This document shows positions 9,101 through 17,259 of a DNA stretch of 64,000 nucleotides, one piece after another. The stretch lies in the NCBI GenBank assembly GCA_044224515.1, contig JBGAKH010000014.1, positions 12,722-76,721 on the forward strand, given 5' to 3'. The stretch is from Chlorobiota bacterium. GTDB lineage: Bacteria; Bacteroidota; Ignavibacteria; Kapaibacteriales; NICIL-2. The notes below the pieces were generated by a model, which had not been told where the DNA came from, ran no database searches, and saw only the letters and a program-made list of their open reading frames with translations. Position 1 is the stretch's first letter. The number at the start of each line of letters is the position of its first letter. Position numbers and translations under genes: made by a program.

Positions 9101-10815
9101 CCCATTTCATCTTCGAACTGATACAACACAGTTGTTGTGCCTACGCTGAAAACGTCGCCCGGATTTGATGTTCGGTAAGAATACACTGTACAGTTATCCG
9201 CTTCGATCGCGACCGGCTCAGACCATGTAACGCTTTGTTCGCCGCACACGGTAATGTTCGCCGGACACGGTGTGATGATGACAGGAGGTACGGTATCGAC
9301 GACCTCGATTATGGCTTGACATGTTGAAGAGGCTCCGAGAGTATCAGTGACGGTGAGATCGATGAAATAGAATCCGGCAGCAAAAGGTCCGCTAGGGTTC
9401 ATGCTAAAACTAAGAGGACTTCCTTCCGGATCATAAGAGCCGGCATCGAGTTCTTCAGGGTTTACGGTAGCCGGAGCACATGCGCTCGAAATGTACTTCT
9501 GCACCCAACCGCAGTTGGTAACCGGGGCTTGATTGACGGTAGTGAGTACGAAGTCGTTGTCGCCCGATAAAGAGTAGTTCGCTGTATAGACAGTTCCGGA
9601 AAGAGTAGTATTGCTTCCGTCGGCAATGCCGCTGAAGCTGCCGCTGATAGCGTCTGTATCGTCGTTCGATAGAATCGTCAAGGGTGTTGCAGTTTGTACG
9701 GTTGAGCCCGCAATCAAACTTGCTGAGTTGATGTTCACGCTTCCGTTGACGACGACTTGATCATATGAGCTGCAGGCGGTCGTTCCTAGGATGTCAATAC
9801 GCAAAGCGGAGCCACTCTGCATATCGAGGTTGCCGTTGATGCTCATACAGCCGATGCCACCACCACCCGGTGAAAGTACACCTGAGCCGCTACAGTTCAC
9901 ATCACCGTTGAGTGTCCCGCTACCCGAGAGAGTGCCTCCTTGTATGTCGAATACATAAGCGCTCATACTAGTGCCGCCCAAATCGAGACTTGCGGAGTTC
10001 GAAGAGCTCAAACGGCAGTAACCGCCGCTGAGTTGTCCGAATCCACCGCCAAACGCAGACAACGAAACCGCACCTCCCGATTTTTCAACCAGGAATTGTG
10101 TGAGGACACCACTGCCGAAGACTTGCTGGTTTGCTGATCCGACAAGTGCCACCGAGCCCGTTGCATTCCAGCCGTCTGCATCGTCGCATGTTACATTACC
10201 ATGCACATTGATGTGCTTCGTACATGCAATGCCACACCCGAGGAAATTTGTGGAGACCAAATGGAAGTCATTGCCAAGCTCCAAGTGTGAGAAGCTTCCA
10301 CCATTGTTGTAACGAACGGTATTGGCTGAAGTGATGACAAGATTGTACAGACTTTGTGTAGAAGCCAATTCAAAAATTCCCACCGTCGATTGTATATCGA
10401 TGGTGCTAGAACCGGCATCGAGTGATGATGATCCCAGAACTTTGAATGCGTGGTGCATAGTTAGAGTGTGGGCTCCGCAATGCAGTGTTCCCGCGTAGTT
10501 ACTACCAACAATGATCGCTTGCACTTCAGGATTGACATCCAGTGTGCAATCGTCGGCTGACGTTGCATTAAAGAGTACTGAATCTCCCGATGTGGGCACA
10601 CCGGAAGGTGACCAGTTAGCACTGTCGCTCCAGATGCCGCTGGATGAAGCATTGGTCCATTCTTTGGTTCCTGCATGCACAAAGCTTTGTGCTGCGAAGA
10701 ACACACAGCAAAGGACGACTGTGATTCTTGCGAAGATAGAGAAGCTTGTGCGCTGTCGATTGGCTTGCTGTATCCGGCTTCGGACACGACGACGCACTGT
10801 GTACAAAAGACTCAT
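6109..10815 (-). CDS. Large secreted T9SS-cargo protein: beta-helix-like head, HYR/Ig-like repeats, Asp-rich Ca-binding motif, type A C-terminal sorting domain
   Basis: Signal peptide ending SFVHA; W....NW...VP...D motif; LSPG..IG...I.G...YDQ.VV.G passenger-like segment; D..PP.I.CP and SDNC repeats; C-terminal VWPNPA...GTYTV...TQVVIVR. Confidence 0.85.
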   Translation of the reverse strand: MSLLYTVRRRVRSRIQQANRQRTSFSIFARITVVLCCVFFAAQSFVHAGTKEWTNASSSGIWSDSANWSPSGVPTSGDSVLFNATSADDCTLDVNPEVQAIIVGSNYAGTLHCGAHTLTMHHAFKVLGSSSLDAGSSTIDIQSTVGIFELASTQSLYNLVITSANTVRYNNGGSFSHLELGNDFHLVSTNFLGCGIACTKHINVHGNVTCDDADGWNATGSVALVGSANQQVFGSGVLTQFLVEKSGGAVSLSAFGGGFGQLSGGYCRLSSSNSASLDLGGTSMSAYVFDIQGGTLSGSGTLNGDVNCSGSGVLSPGGGGIGCMSINGNLDMQSGSALRIDILGTTACSSYDQVVVNGSVNINSASLIAGSTVQTATPLTILSNDDTDAISGSFSGIADGSNTTLSGTVYTANYSLSGDNDFVLTTVNQAPVTNCGWVQKYISSACAPATVNPEELDAGSYDPEGSPLSFSMNPSGPFAAGFYFIDLTVTDTLGASSTCQAIIEVVDTVPPVIITPCPANITVCGEQSVTWSEPVAIEADNCTVYSYRTSNPGDVFSVGTTTVLYQFEDEMGNNRHCTFDITVLPLPDVSIAQSQLSGACQGAQELSAIVANQSSLVAPLYYMWSGPITGNTPTLQATLNGTYTLYVYDQADCFSSASVTIVVDTTAPVPTLTTLPDLSGQCWVTARTAPTASDNCGGVINGVTTDALSYFAPGTYTITWTYTDANSNSSTQTQQVVVADTQAPTPYLSSLPTIVAQCSATVQNIPIASDNCGGVVYGTTTDPLSYAAQGSYTIVWHYSDATGNSSTQNQIVIVQDTIAPQPSTSVLSTVVASCSATISTVPTASDNCSGLIQGSTTDPLSYSSIGNYTIHWTYTDGNGNSSTQNQSVTVVDNTPPVPTLSSLPTITAQCGVTITTVPTASDACSGLVTATTSSPLSISTLGTHTIMWVYSDGNGNNSTQNQTVIITDNTAPVPTLSALPTLSAQCSLTVTTRPTAMDNCAGLVQATTSNALSFNTQGSYTITWVYNDGHGNSTTQTQAVIINDNIAPVPTQTTLATISAQCAVTITTRPTAMDNCSGLIQATTTSPLSYTAQGSYVITWRYVDARGNVSTQTQNVVVQDNTPPTPNVAVLPTITSNCSAYVGYRPYATDNCGGCNNSGTSVRATTSSPTSFTTAGTYTIVWVYTDGHGNSTTQNQTVVVVDNSAPVPNQSSLPTINRQCSYTVGYPYPGASDNCKGNVAGSPSQTSFTTQGTYTLVWTYNDGNGNVTTQNQTVIIQDTTRPTISCRGTSNSSAYSVGLNTNGTLTLTNAMASSLVYYVTDNCSGTPSLSIISGQSNFDCSNVGQLYTIGLKATDAAGNTSTCSCIIRITPGSGNDDDCDGVPDACDEAPGGNDAVDNNNDGLPDCKYPPAYADIKQSWKCGSTKVWVWYRNNSSHTPTCIQYSALQALINTNQVWLGGASYCCSGKVAGQDQDIPYGVWESDDTERLFVWPNPATNNLNVMLVGMDAAPKTMRIVDMLGATVYTKFLRADDAELSIDLNALSLVNGTYTVNVESGTSHISTQVVIVR
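6985..8826 (-). repeat. Eight tandem ~76-aa HYR-like repeats within the large protein
   Basis: Unit D.TAPVP....LPTI.AQC......PTA.DNC.G....TT..PLS....G.YTI.W.Y.DGNGNSSTQ.Q.V.V counted eight times in the translation. Confidence 0.9.
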
Positions 10816-11020
10816 CGGGGAAACTCCAATAGTGGTGAAAATGCTGCATGTGGCAGAGGCCGCCTTTCAGCTCATCCATTAGAGTCGGTCTGTCCTTGTG
10901 GTTCCGGTGCAGGACTCATCAGTCCTGTGTGGTTCACGTATGCGCATGTCGCGCTTCGTTGTCGGCGCCTTGCCTGCCATGATGAACATAGGTTGTTAAG
11001 CGACATAACTCGAGTGGGAC

Positions 11021-11072
11021 TTGATAATCGATGGCTTTGGCTTAACCAACGGTTGCATTGTTATCGTAAGTG
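11021..11072 (-). promoter_or_regulatory. Candidate LytTR-binding triple repeat upstream of the T9SS adhesin gene
   Basis: Minus-strand CACTTACGAT (11072), CGTTGGTTAA (11051) and CGATTATCAA (11030) at exactly 21-bp period; resembles the array at 14600-14651. Confidence 0.5.
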
Positions 11073-11742
11073 ACGGAGTAAAAAACAGCAAATGCAGTAC
11101 TGTCAGCGCTCTATGAAACGATCTGAATCACTTCCTGTGTCCCAAGTACACCATAGCCTAAGCGGTACTCTGACACGCATGGTATGCTGTACTTTCAGCC
11201 GCGCTCGGTTAGGGTTGTGTCCGCTCAACACCTTCTTGCTACGCGAAGGATCCGCGTAGACATTGTCCGAGAAGTGCAGCAAATCACTCTGAATCAGTAT
11301 GTGGATTGATGTAAGAAAGGGTCGAGGGATACGAGGAAATTGAGCAAGGGACGCTCGCTACGCTCTCACTTAGGGTCGGATTGTGCTATCAAAGAAATAT
11401 ATTTTTCGGGCCTGTTTTTCGGCCTTTGGTTTTGATCTCGTGAAGCAGCTTCATGCTGAGTCAGGAGATTCCATCAAGACAAATCCCTCGAATTAACGAG
11501 AATTCACCGTTTGCAATCCGGAGCCTTCAAAAGACACCCTCAATCAAACAGAGCACTCCACCTTTGGAAAGCTAGGAAGCTGTCTACAAACTCTGAGCGG
11601 AGCTTAGCAGCTGCGGACATTGCAGAGCTAAGTGCGGGCTAATGTCCGATAAGTGATTTTGGCCATATTTGTCTCCGTACAGCCCGCTCAAGCTCTTGGG
11701 CTCAAGACCGAGAACTATAGCATGATCTATCGGCACAGATTT

Positions 11743-13665
11743 ATGAAACGTCTACATCGAGTATCTCAAGAAGGAGCACCGACATTGGATTACGGACGAC
11801 TAGTGCTTATCCTCATCAGCGGTATTGTTTGCTTGACGATGAGCAGCTACGCGGAAGCGCAGTCCTGCGACTGCGAGAATTTTCGCAAATCCGAAGTCTC
11901 CTTCTTCCAAGCCATGCTCTCCGGTGATCGAGTCCGCATGCGGCAGCTCTATGACCTGGCAAAGTCTCGAGCCAACACACCATTGTGCCAAGCCTATCTG
12001 CTGACACTGGAGGCACAGCTGGCGTTTTTTGATGGACACAGCGATAGTGCCATGGCATTGATTGCCGAGGAGAAACGTCGCATCGACGATATTCCTTGTG
12101 ACAAGAAAAGCTATGTCTACGCCGAGCGTAGCCTGGGCTTCTTCGCCTTCCAACAGGGCGACATGGAGGCGTCTGTCGCTCACATGCTGACGGTGAGTGA
12201 GTACTGCGAAGCTCAACGCGATACCGCGCAACAACTCACGGCATTGATGAATGTGACAACAGTACTGAACACCCAAGGTGAGTATATGCGCGCCATTGAG
12301 ATACTCGATAAAGTGCGGAGTTTGGTCGACCCGGCAGTTCATCCTGAGCACTATGGCAATGTGACGGAAGCATATTTGAATACCTACAAGACAGAGTACG
12401 ACCGAACGAAGAGTGATGATGCCAAGCGTAAGTACATGGAGTGGTCACGAACGAACCTGGATTACAACCGTCATTCGGAGTCCATAGCAAATCGAGTTCG
12501 CGCCTACCATAATGCAGCACTCGTTGCTTCCATGAAGCGCGACTTTACCGCATGTCTGCGATACGCGGATTCTGCTCTGATCCAGACGCCGGAGTCGCTT
12601 CCGCCTATGCTTCTTTCGGCCAACTATGTCATGCGCTCTGCTGCATTCTCCGGTCTGGAGCAACATCACAATGCTCAGCGCTGTGCAGACTCGGCTTTGA
12701 CGCTGGCTTTTTTGAGCGGCAACCCTGAGACTATTCTTGCAGCCCATGGTTCAGTGTACGAGGTGTCGCGTGCGGCCGGTGATTACAAATCGGCGCTTGT
12801 CGCGCTTGAACATAAAAACGGCTTGAAAGACAGTATCGATACGCGGGAACGAACCGAGAAAGTGCGCTCACTTGAATTGAAGTATAACAAGACGAAGAAC
12901 GAGCAGACGATTACGGAGCTTGCGCAACAGAAAGAGATTTCCTCGTTGAATATCCGTTTCCTCTTGGCTGCTCTCGCAGCGGTCTTACTTGCTGCCCTAG
13001 TTCTCTTTGTCTTGTATCGTCAACGTGAACTCAAGCACAAGCAAACGATTTTGGAAGCGGAGCAGAGACTTAATCGCGCGCGAATGAATCCACACTTTTT
13101 CTTTAACGCTTTGAGTTCATTGCAGACCTACAGCATGAAGCCCGGCAACAGTGAGCGTGTGTCGTTGTACTTGTCTAAGTATTCGCGTATCATGCGGCAC
13201 ACTCTCGAAGCCACATACAATGATCTCATAAGTCTGGAAGAGGAGTTGGAGTATTTAACCGGATATTTGGAGATCGAGTCGTTACGAAGTTCTGTGCCTT
13301 TTGCATTTTCCATCGATGTTGACAAAGACGTCGATCCCTCTGAAACGATGATTCCACCAATGATCTTGCAGCCATTCCTCGAAAACTCCATTGAGCATGG
13401 TTTTCGCGGCATTGATTACGAGGGAGTGATTCAGATGTCGTTTATCGTAGAGCACTCCATGCTGCAGGTTAGCATTAGCGACAACGGCAGCTCTACACCC
13501 AATGAGCAACATAAAGGGTACCCCTCACGTGCAACACAGATCATTCGTGATCGTCTCTTTTTGCTCAATCAAAAACACGGAAGCAATGCGAGCTTTGAGA
13601 TTCGCAACACCGACGGACGCGGCTATACCGTTCTTGTTCAACTTCCACTGTTACAAAGCGCATGA
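11743..13665 (+). CDS. LytS-type sensor histidine kinase with an extracytoplasmic TPR-like domain
   Basis: N-terminal hydrophobic segment, helical repeats, TM helix, RARMNPHFFFNALSSLQ (H-box), IPPMILQPFLENSIEHG and ISDNG. Start could be 11653, 11722 or 11743. Confidence 0.92.
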   Translation: MKRLHRVSQEGAPTLDYGRLVLILISGIVCLTMSSYAEAQSCDCENFRKSEVSFFQAMLSGDRVRMRQLYDLAKSRANTPLCQAYLLTLEAQLAFFDGHSDSAMALIAEEKRRIDDIPCDKKSYVYAERSLGFFAFQQGDMEASVAHMLTVSEYCEAQRDTAQQLTALMNVTTVLNTQGEYMRAIEILDKVRSLVDPAVHPEHYGNVTEAYLNTYKTEYDRTKSDDAKRKYMEWSRTNLDYNRHSESIANRVRAYHNAALVASMKRDFTACLRYADSALIQTPESLPPMLLSANYVMRSAAFSGLEQHHNAQRCADSALTLAFLSGNPETILAAHGSVYEVSRAAGDYKSALVALEHKNGLKDSIDTRERTEKVRSLELKYNKTKNEQTITELAQQKEISSLNIRFLLAALAAVLLAALVLFVLYRQRELKHKQTILEAEQRLNRARMNPHFFFNALSSLQTYSMKPGNSERVSLYLSKYSRIMRHTLEATYNDLISLEEELEYLTGYLEIESLRSSVPFAFSIDVDKDVDPSETMIPPMILQPFLENSIEHGFRGIDYEGVIQMSFIVEHSMLQVSISDNGSSTPNEQHKGYPSRATQIIRDRLFLLNQKHGSNASFEIRNTDGRGYTVLVQLPLLQSA

Positions 13666-14405
13666 CCGTTCTAATCATAGATGATGAGATAGCAATTCAC
13701 GAGGGCTTGGAAGCCATGTTGAGTCAGTCTGCTCAACCCATCGAGTCCATCGCCCACGCCATGAGCGTAAGTGAAGGTTATGAAGCCATTGTAAGTCGTT
13801 CGCCGGATGTTGTCTTCTTAGATGTAGAAATTGGTACCGAACGTGGATTCGATGTCCTGAATCGTTTGCATGACTACAGCTTTCAGCTCATCTTCATTAC
13901 AGCCCACAATGAATATGCTTTGGACGCCTTTAAGTTCAGCGCCATCGATTTTCTACTCAAACCAATCGATGCAGAGGAGCTGGAGCGCGCACTGGGTCGC
14001 GCTCGCGAACGTATACGCGAGCGGTTCTTAGCTGAGCAACTCAATGTGCTGCGCGATTCTTTAGAGGCTTTGAAGGTCGGCGACAAGAAGATCGTACTGC
14101 GCGATCACGATTCCTTGCACTTTGTAAAAATATCCGATATCATCAAGTGCGAGGCCGATAGCAGCTATACACGCGTGTACCTCGCGAATTCAAAAGTCAT
14201 CGTCATTTCCCGCACTCTCAAAGAGTATGAAACTCTGCTGGCTCCCTATGGCTTTGTGCGTACGCATCATTCACACATCGTGAACATCCATCGCATTCTT
14301 CGATTCGACAAAGGGGATGGTGGTGAGCTCATCTTAGAAGCCGAACTGCGTGCTCCGGTCTCCCAGCGCAAACGAGAGCACATCTTGGAACTACTCGAAT
14401 CCTAG
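13662..14405 (+). CDS. LytTR-family response regulator
   Basis: IIDDE, FLDVE, FITAH..YALDAF and FLLKP receiver motifs; LytTR domain CEADSSYT...FVRTHHSHIVN...PVSQRK. ATGA overlap with the kinase. Confidence 0.95.
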   Translation: MTVLIIDDEIAIHEGLEAMLSQSAQPIESIAHAMSVSEGYEAIVSRSPDVVFLDVEIGTERGFDVLNRLHDYSFQLIFITAHNEYALDAFKFSAIDFLLKPIDAEELERALGRARERIRERFLAEQLNVLRDSLEALKVGDKKIVLRDHDSLHFVKISDIIKCEADSSYTRVYLANSKVIVISRTLKEYETLLAPYGFVRTHHSHIVNIHRILRFDKGDGGELILEAELRAPVSQRKREHILELLES

Positions 14406-14481
14406 GTCGACGCATAGACAGCTCGACGTGTAATCCGGAAGCATTGGGCGTCGTTGTTCACGACGAATCATGATGAGTATA

Positions 14482-14553
14482 GTGAACACTGTGAACACTG
14501 TGAACACTGTGAACACTGTGAACACTGTGAACACTGTGAACACTGTGAACGCT
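14482..14553 (+). repeat. 9-bp tandem repeat (GTGAACACT)x7 plus GTGAACGCT
   Basis: Read directly; intergenic between the LytTR gene and the next CDS. Confidence 0.97.
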
Positions 14554-14599
14554 GCGAGTAGTGTGAACTCACTCGACACAGGATCAGACGCCAAGCATA

Positions 14600-14651
14600 C
14601 GTTTATCATAAGAGTTTCGGCACTTGTTAGCTGAGCAGCCTCACCGGTTAG
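14600..14651 (+). promoter_or_regulatory. Candidate LytTR-binding triple repeat upstream of the secreted protein gene
   Basis: CGTTTATCAT (14600), CACTTGTTAG (14621) and CACCGGTTAG (14642) at exactly 21-bp period, the spacing typical of LytTR sites. Confidence 0.6.
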
Positions 14652-14760
14652 TATTCCCGACCACAAGCATAGCTTCCGATCCATTTTGTACACCTAATTC
14701 CTCGCAGCGCTTATGCCTGCGGTGTGCATCATCGTGTGTCTCAATGGAAGACAAATTCTT

Positions 14761-16389
14761 ATGTCACTATCACTTCGCTTGTCACTCCTGTTTGTTCTGT
14801 CTTCTCTGATCTGCGTGACTGTTCATGCGCAGTTTGGAGGACTTAAAATTCCCAAAAGCACCGAGATCAAGAAGGAGCTCAAGAAGGACGCCGAAAACGT
14901 TATCAAAGAAATGGGCAGCGGCGTGGTTAAAGAACAACCCGCCTCGTCTTCCGAATCTTCCTCTCCTGCCGCTCGCAGCTCATCGAGCGACACGCGTAGT
15001 GGCGCTACGTCCACATCCGGACGGAGTGACACACCACCCGCTTCACAGAGTTCGACCGGCAGCGATCGATCTTCACGTGAGCGACCGGGTTCTAATCCGA
15101 GTCCGTCTGCGTCGGAGCTAACGCCCCGAAAGATTTATGTCTACATCTCCAAAGTCTACAAACGTGAGCGGGAGTACATGTTCACGGATGAAGTGCACGC
15201 AGGTCTGCAAAACTTCGATCGCGCTGCCTACGAGGCGGGGGATGGCAAACGCGGCGGCGAAGCCGGTTATTCGGACCGTAATGCAGTAAACGACGTGAAT
15301 CGCATGCTGGCCGATTTCGACAATTGGCTGAGCAGCTCCAATGCTCTGAAAGACTTTTCGCTGCAACGCTACAACGAAGCGCAAGGTGCACAGGCACCGG
15401 TCGACAAACTAAAAGCCTACGAAAAGGTTGTCAAAGCCTGCGAGATCGTCAAGAAGATTTCTCCTTCAAACCCTGCTGCAGACGAGAAGCTTGCAGAAGT
15501 GCGTAAGCTCATGGCTGCGGTACAGAAGCAAATGGGCGGCGCGCTCACCGGTGAGTATCATCAAATGCATCTTAACCAAATGGTCTTTAGTTCCAAACCC
15601 TTCAAGCCGGGCGAGGAATCAAGTGCCGACATTCGTAGCAGCTTCAAATCGGGCGAGACGGTGTATGCAACAATCTACTTAGGACGTAAAGTACGCGAAG
15701 CGACAGAATCATACGCCCAGCAACCCATCCAAGTGCGCATCGACAACAATCTACGTGGTATGGGAAACATTTGGGTTACAACTCCTATGCAGGAGAACAC
15801 CTACCTGCAGTTTGCTCTCATTCCCGGACAAGAATGGTTGGACGCGAACTATAAACCCTATCTCGACAACAAAGAAATCTTCTATTCGGACTTTCTCGGC
15901 AATCTGTCGAAAGAGCTTCCGATCTCGCACGAGATCAAAGTCAAGTTTGAGTTTCGTGGTTATCGTGCAGAAAAGATCAATGCTGCGTTCACCTACGACA
16001 TGAGCGATGGCGCCGAGTCGCTCAGCACGCTCGCCAACAACTTGAAGAACCAAGGACTAAACAGCGTCAAAGTCCCGCCGGCCGGAATGAGCAACCCCGC
16101 ATTGGAGCGTGAAATGCTTGCCATCTGTAAGCAACGTTTTCCCAACGACACGTGGAAGAAAGTTGTCATCGCAAGCAAAGACTGGAAGACCATTACGAAT
16201 AACCTAACCGGTGCTATTCTTAGTCGCGAGCTGACAGCAGCGATCACGTACAAAGCATTTGACGGGAAATGCGGCTATGAGTATGTGACTTTTGCGCAGG
16301 AGTACACGGGCGCCGGCAAGTATAGTTCTACCTTGCGCTTCTCTGCTTCGGGTGGAGGCTCGCATATGTCTTGTGATCATATCGAATAG
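14761..16389 (+). CDS. Secreted hypothetical protein with a Ser-rich linker
   Basis: Signal peptide ending TVHA-Q; S-rich low-complexity stretch; helical middle; C-terminal beta domain (DW....N..TG.IL.R ... DGKC ... FAQEY.G.GKY ... C). Confidence 0.85.
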   Translation: MSLSLRLSLLFVLSSLICVTVHAQFGGLKIPKSTEIKKELKKDAENVIKEMGSGVVKEQPASSSESSSPAARSSSSDTRSGATSTSGRSDTPPASQSSTGSDRSSRERPGSNPSPSASELTPRKIYVYISKVYKREREYMFTDEVHAGLQNFDRAAYEAGDGKRGGEAGYSDRNAVNDVNRMLADFDNWLSSSNALKDFSLQRYNEAQGAQAPVDKLKAYEKVVKACEIVKKISPSNPAADEKLAEVRKLMAAVQKQMGGALTGEYHQMHLNQMVFSSKPFKPGEESSADIRSSFKSGETVYATIYLGRKVREATESYAQQPIQVRIDNNLRGMGNIWVTTPMQENTYLQFALIPGQEWLDANYKPYLDNKEIFYSDFLGNLSKELPISHEIKVKFEFRGYRAEKINAAFTYDMSDGAESLSTLANNLKNQGLNSVKVPPAGMSNPALEREMLAICKQRFPNDTWKKVVIASKDWKTITNNLTGAILSRELTAAITYKAFDGKCGYEYVTFAQEYTGAGKYSSTLRFSASGGGSHMSCDHIE

Positions 16390-16582
16390 GTTGTCAATCT
16401 AACTCAATCACCACTTCGGCTGAGTTTTTCGGGAGAGCAAAACAGTGCCACGAACGCTGTGTGAACTCTTGGAGGACTTTTTATCATGCGTTGCTTCGCA
16501 ACGCCGGCAGTTGGGTGGTACGGTAGATTGTTCTTGAAGAGTCCATTGCTCATGTTCCACATCATAGCGCTCCCGAGTGCAA

Positions 16583-16780
16583 ATGTCTGATATGATTGAC
16601 CCCGGCACGGCAGTACGAGTCGATCCCAAGGGCGAAGTTGGAGTCATACGCGACTATGTCGTATGTGACCACGAAGCCAAGTACCTCATTCAGCTGTTGA
16701 GCGGTAGACATGTGGAAATAGAACCCCACCGCGTTCGACTGCTGAATGAGGTCAGACATTGCAATGACAACAAAGACTGA
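16583..16780 (+). CDS. Small hypothetical protein, KOW/SH3-like
   Basis: IDPGTAVRV.PKGEVGVI......AKYLIQL..GRHVEIEPHRVRLL fits a five-stranded SH3-type barrel pattern. Confidence 0.5.
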   Translation: MSDMIDPGTAVRVDPKGEVGVIRDYVVCDHEAKYLIQLLSGRHVEIEPHRVRLLNEVRHCNDNKD

Positions 16781-16942
16781 CAATCGATGTCAATCTATTA
16801 GGTTAATGTCTCTATCATGCATCTAGGCATGGCACTTAACGCGCTATTGGCATTCTTTCGCTCTTACGGTTCAGGACAGCGAAATGCCTTGCTGTGATCG
16901 TCGCTTCTATCTGCGTAGCGACAAGGCTAAACAAAAAACATC

Positions 16943-16974
16943 TTGACATTAGGTCAGCTAGTAGTATATATTCG
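16943..16974 (+). promoter_or_regulatory. Candidate promoter of the SAM riboswitch leader
   Basis: TTGACA at 16943, then TATATT(CG) at 16967, about 20 bp before the aptamer. Confidence 0.55.
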
Positions 16975-16995
16975 TACAGGTTCTTTGTAATCTTC

Positions 16996-17103
16996 CTTAT
17001 CCAGAAAGACTGAGGGATTTGACCCGATGACGTCTTGACAACCCTTCCGCGAGAGCGGGAGAAGGTGCCACATTCAACTTCGTAGTGCACGAAGAAAGAT
17101 AAG
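16996..17103 (+). ncRNA. SAM-I (S-box) riboswitch aptamer
   Basis: P1 CTTATC...GATAAG, AGAAAGACTGAGGGA..TGACCCGATGA, ACAACC and GGTGCCA..TTC match the SAM-I consensus; lies upstream of methionine biosynthesis genes. Confidence 0.95.
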
Positions 17104-17142
17104 TTAAGAACGATGCCGCTCTTGTAATCGCGATACATATGC

Positions 17143-17176
17143 TGCTCTTCTGACTTGTCAGGAGAGCATTTTTTTT
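17143..17176 (+). terminator. Riboswitch expression-platform terminator
   Basis: Stem TGCTCTTCTGAC/GTCAGGAGAGCA followed by T8, between the aptamer and the start codon. Confidence 0.9.
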
Positions 17177-17259
17177 GCCCTTCTGCGAGTCTGTCTCACA
17201 GTTCTGTTTGGATAGGATGATTCACTGCATTGACATGTTTCATTCTACTATTCACAACC

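Noticed and set aside
14482-14553. Repeat array as a CRISPR, or the FTV-repeat ORF 14391-14693 as a gene
   Set aside because: Units are 9 bp and contiguous with no spacers or cas genes; the ORF is simply the stop-free reading of the repeat.
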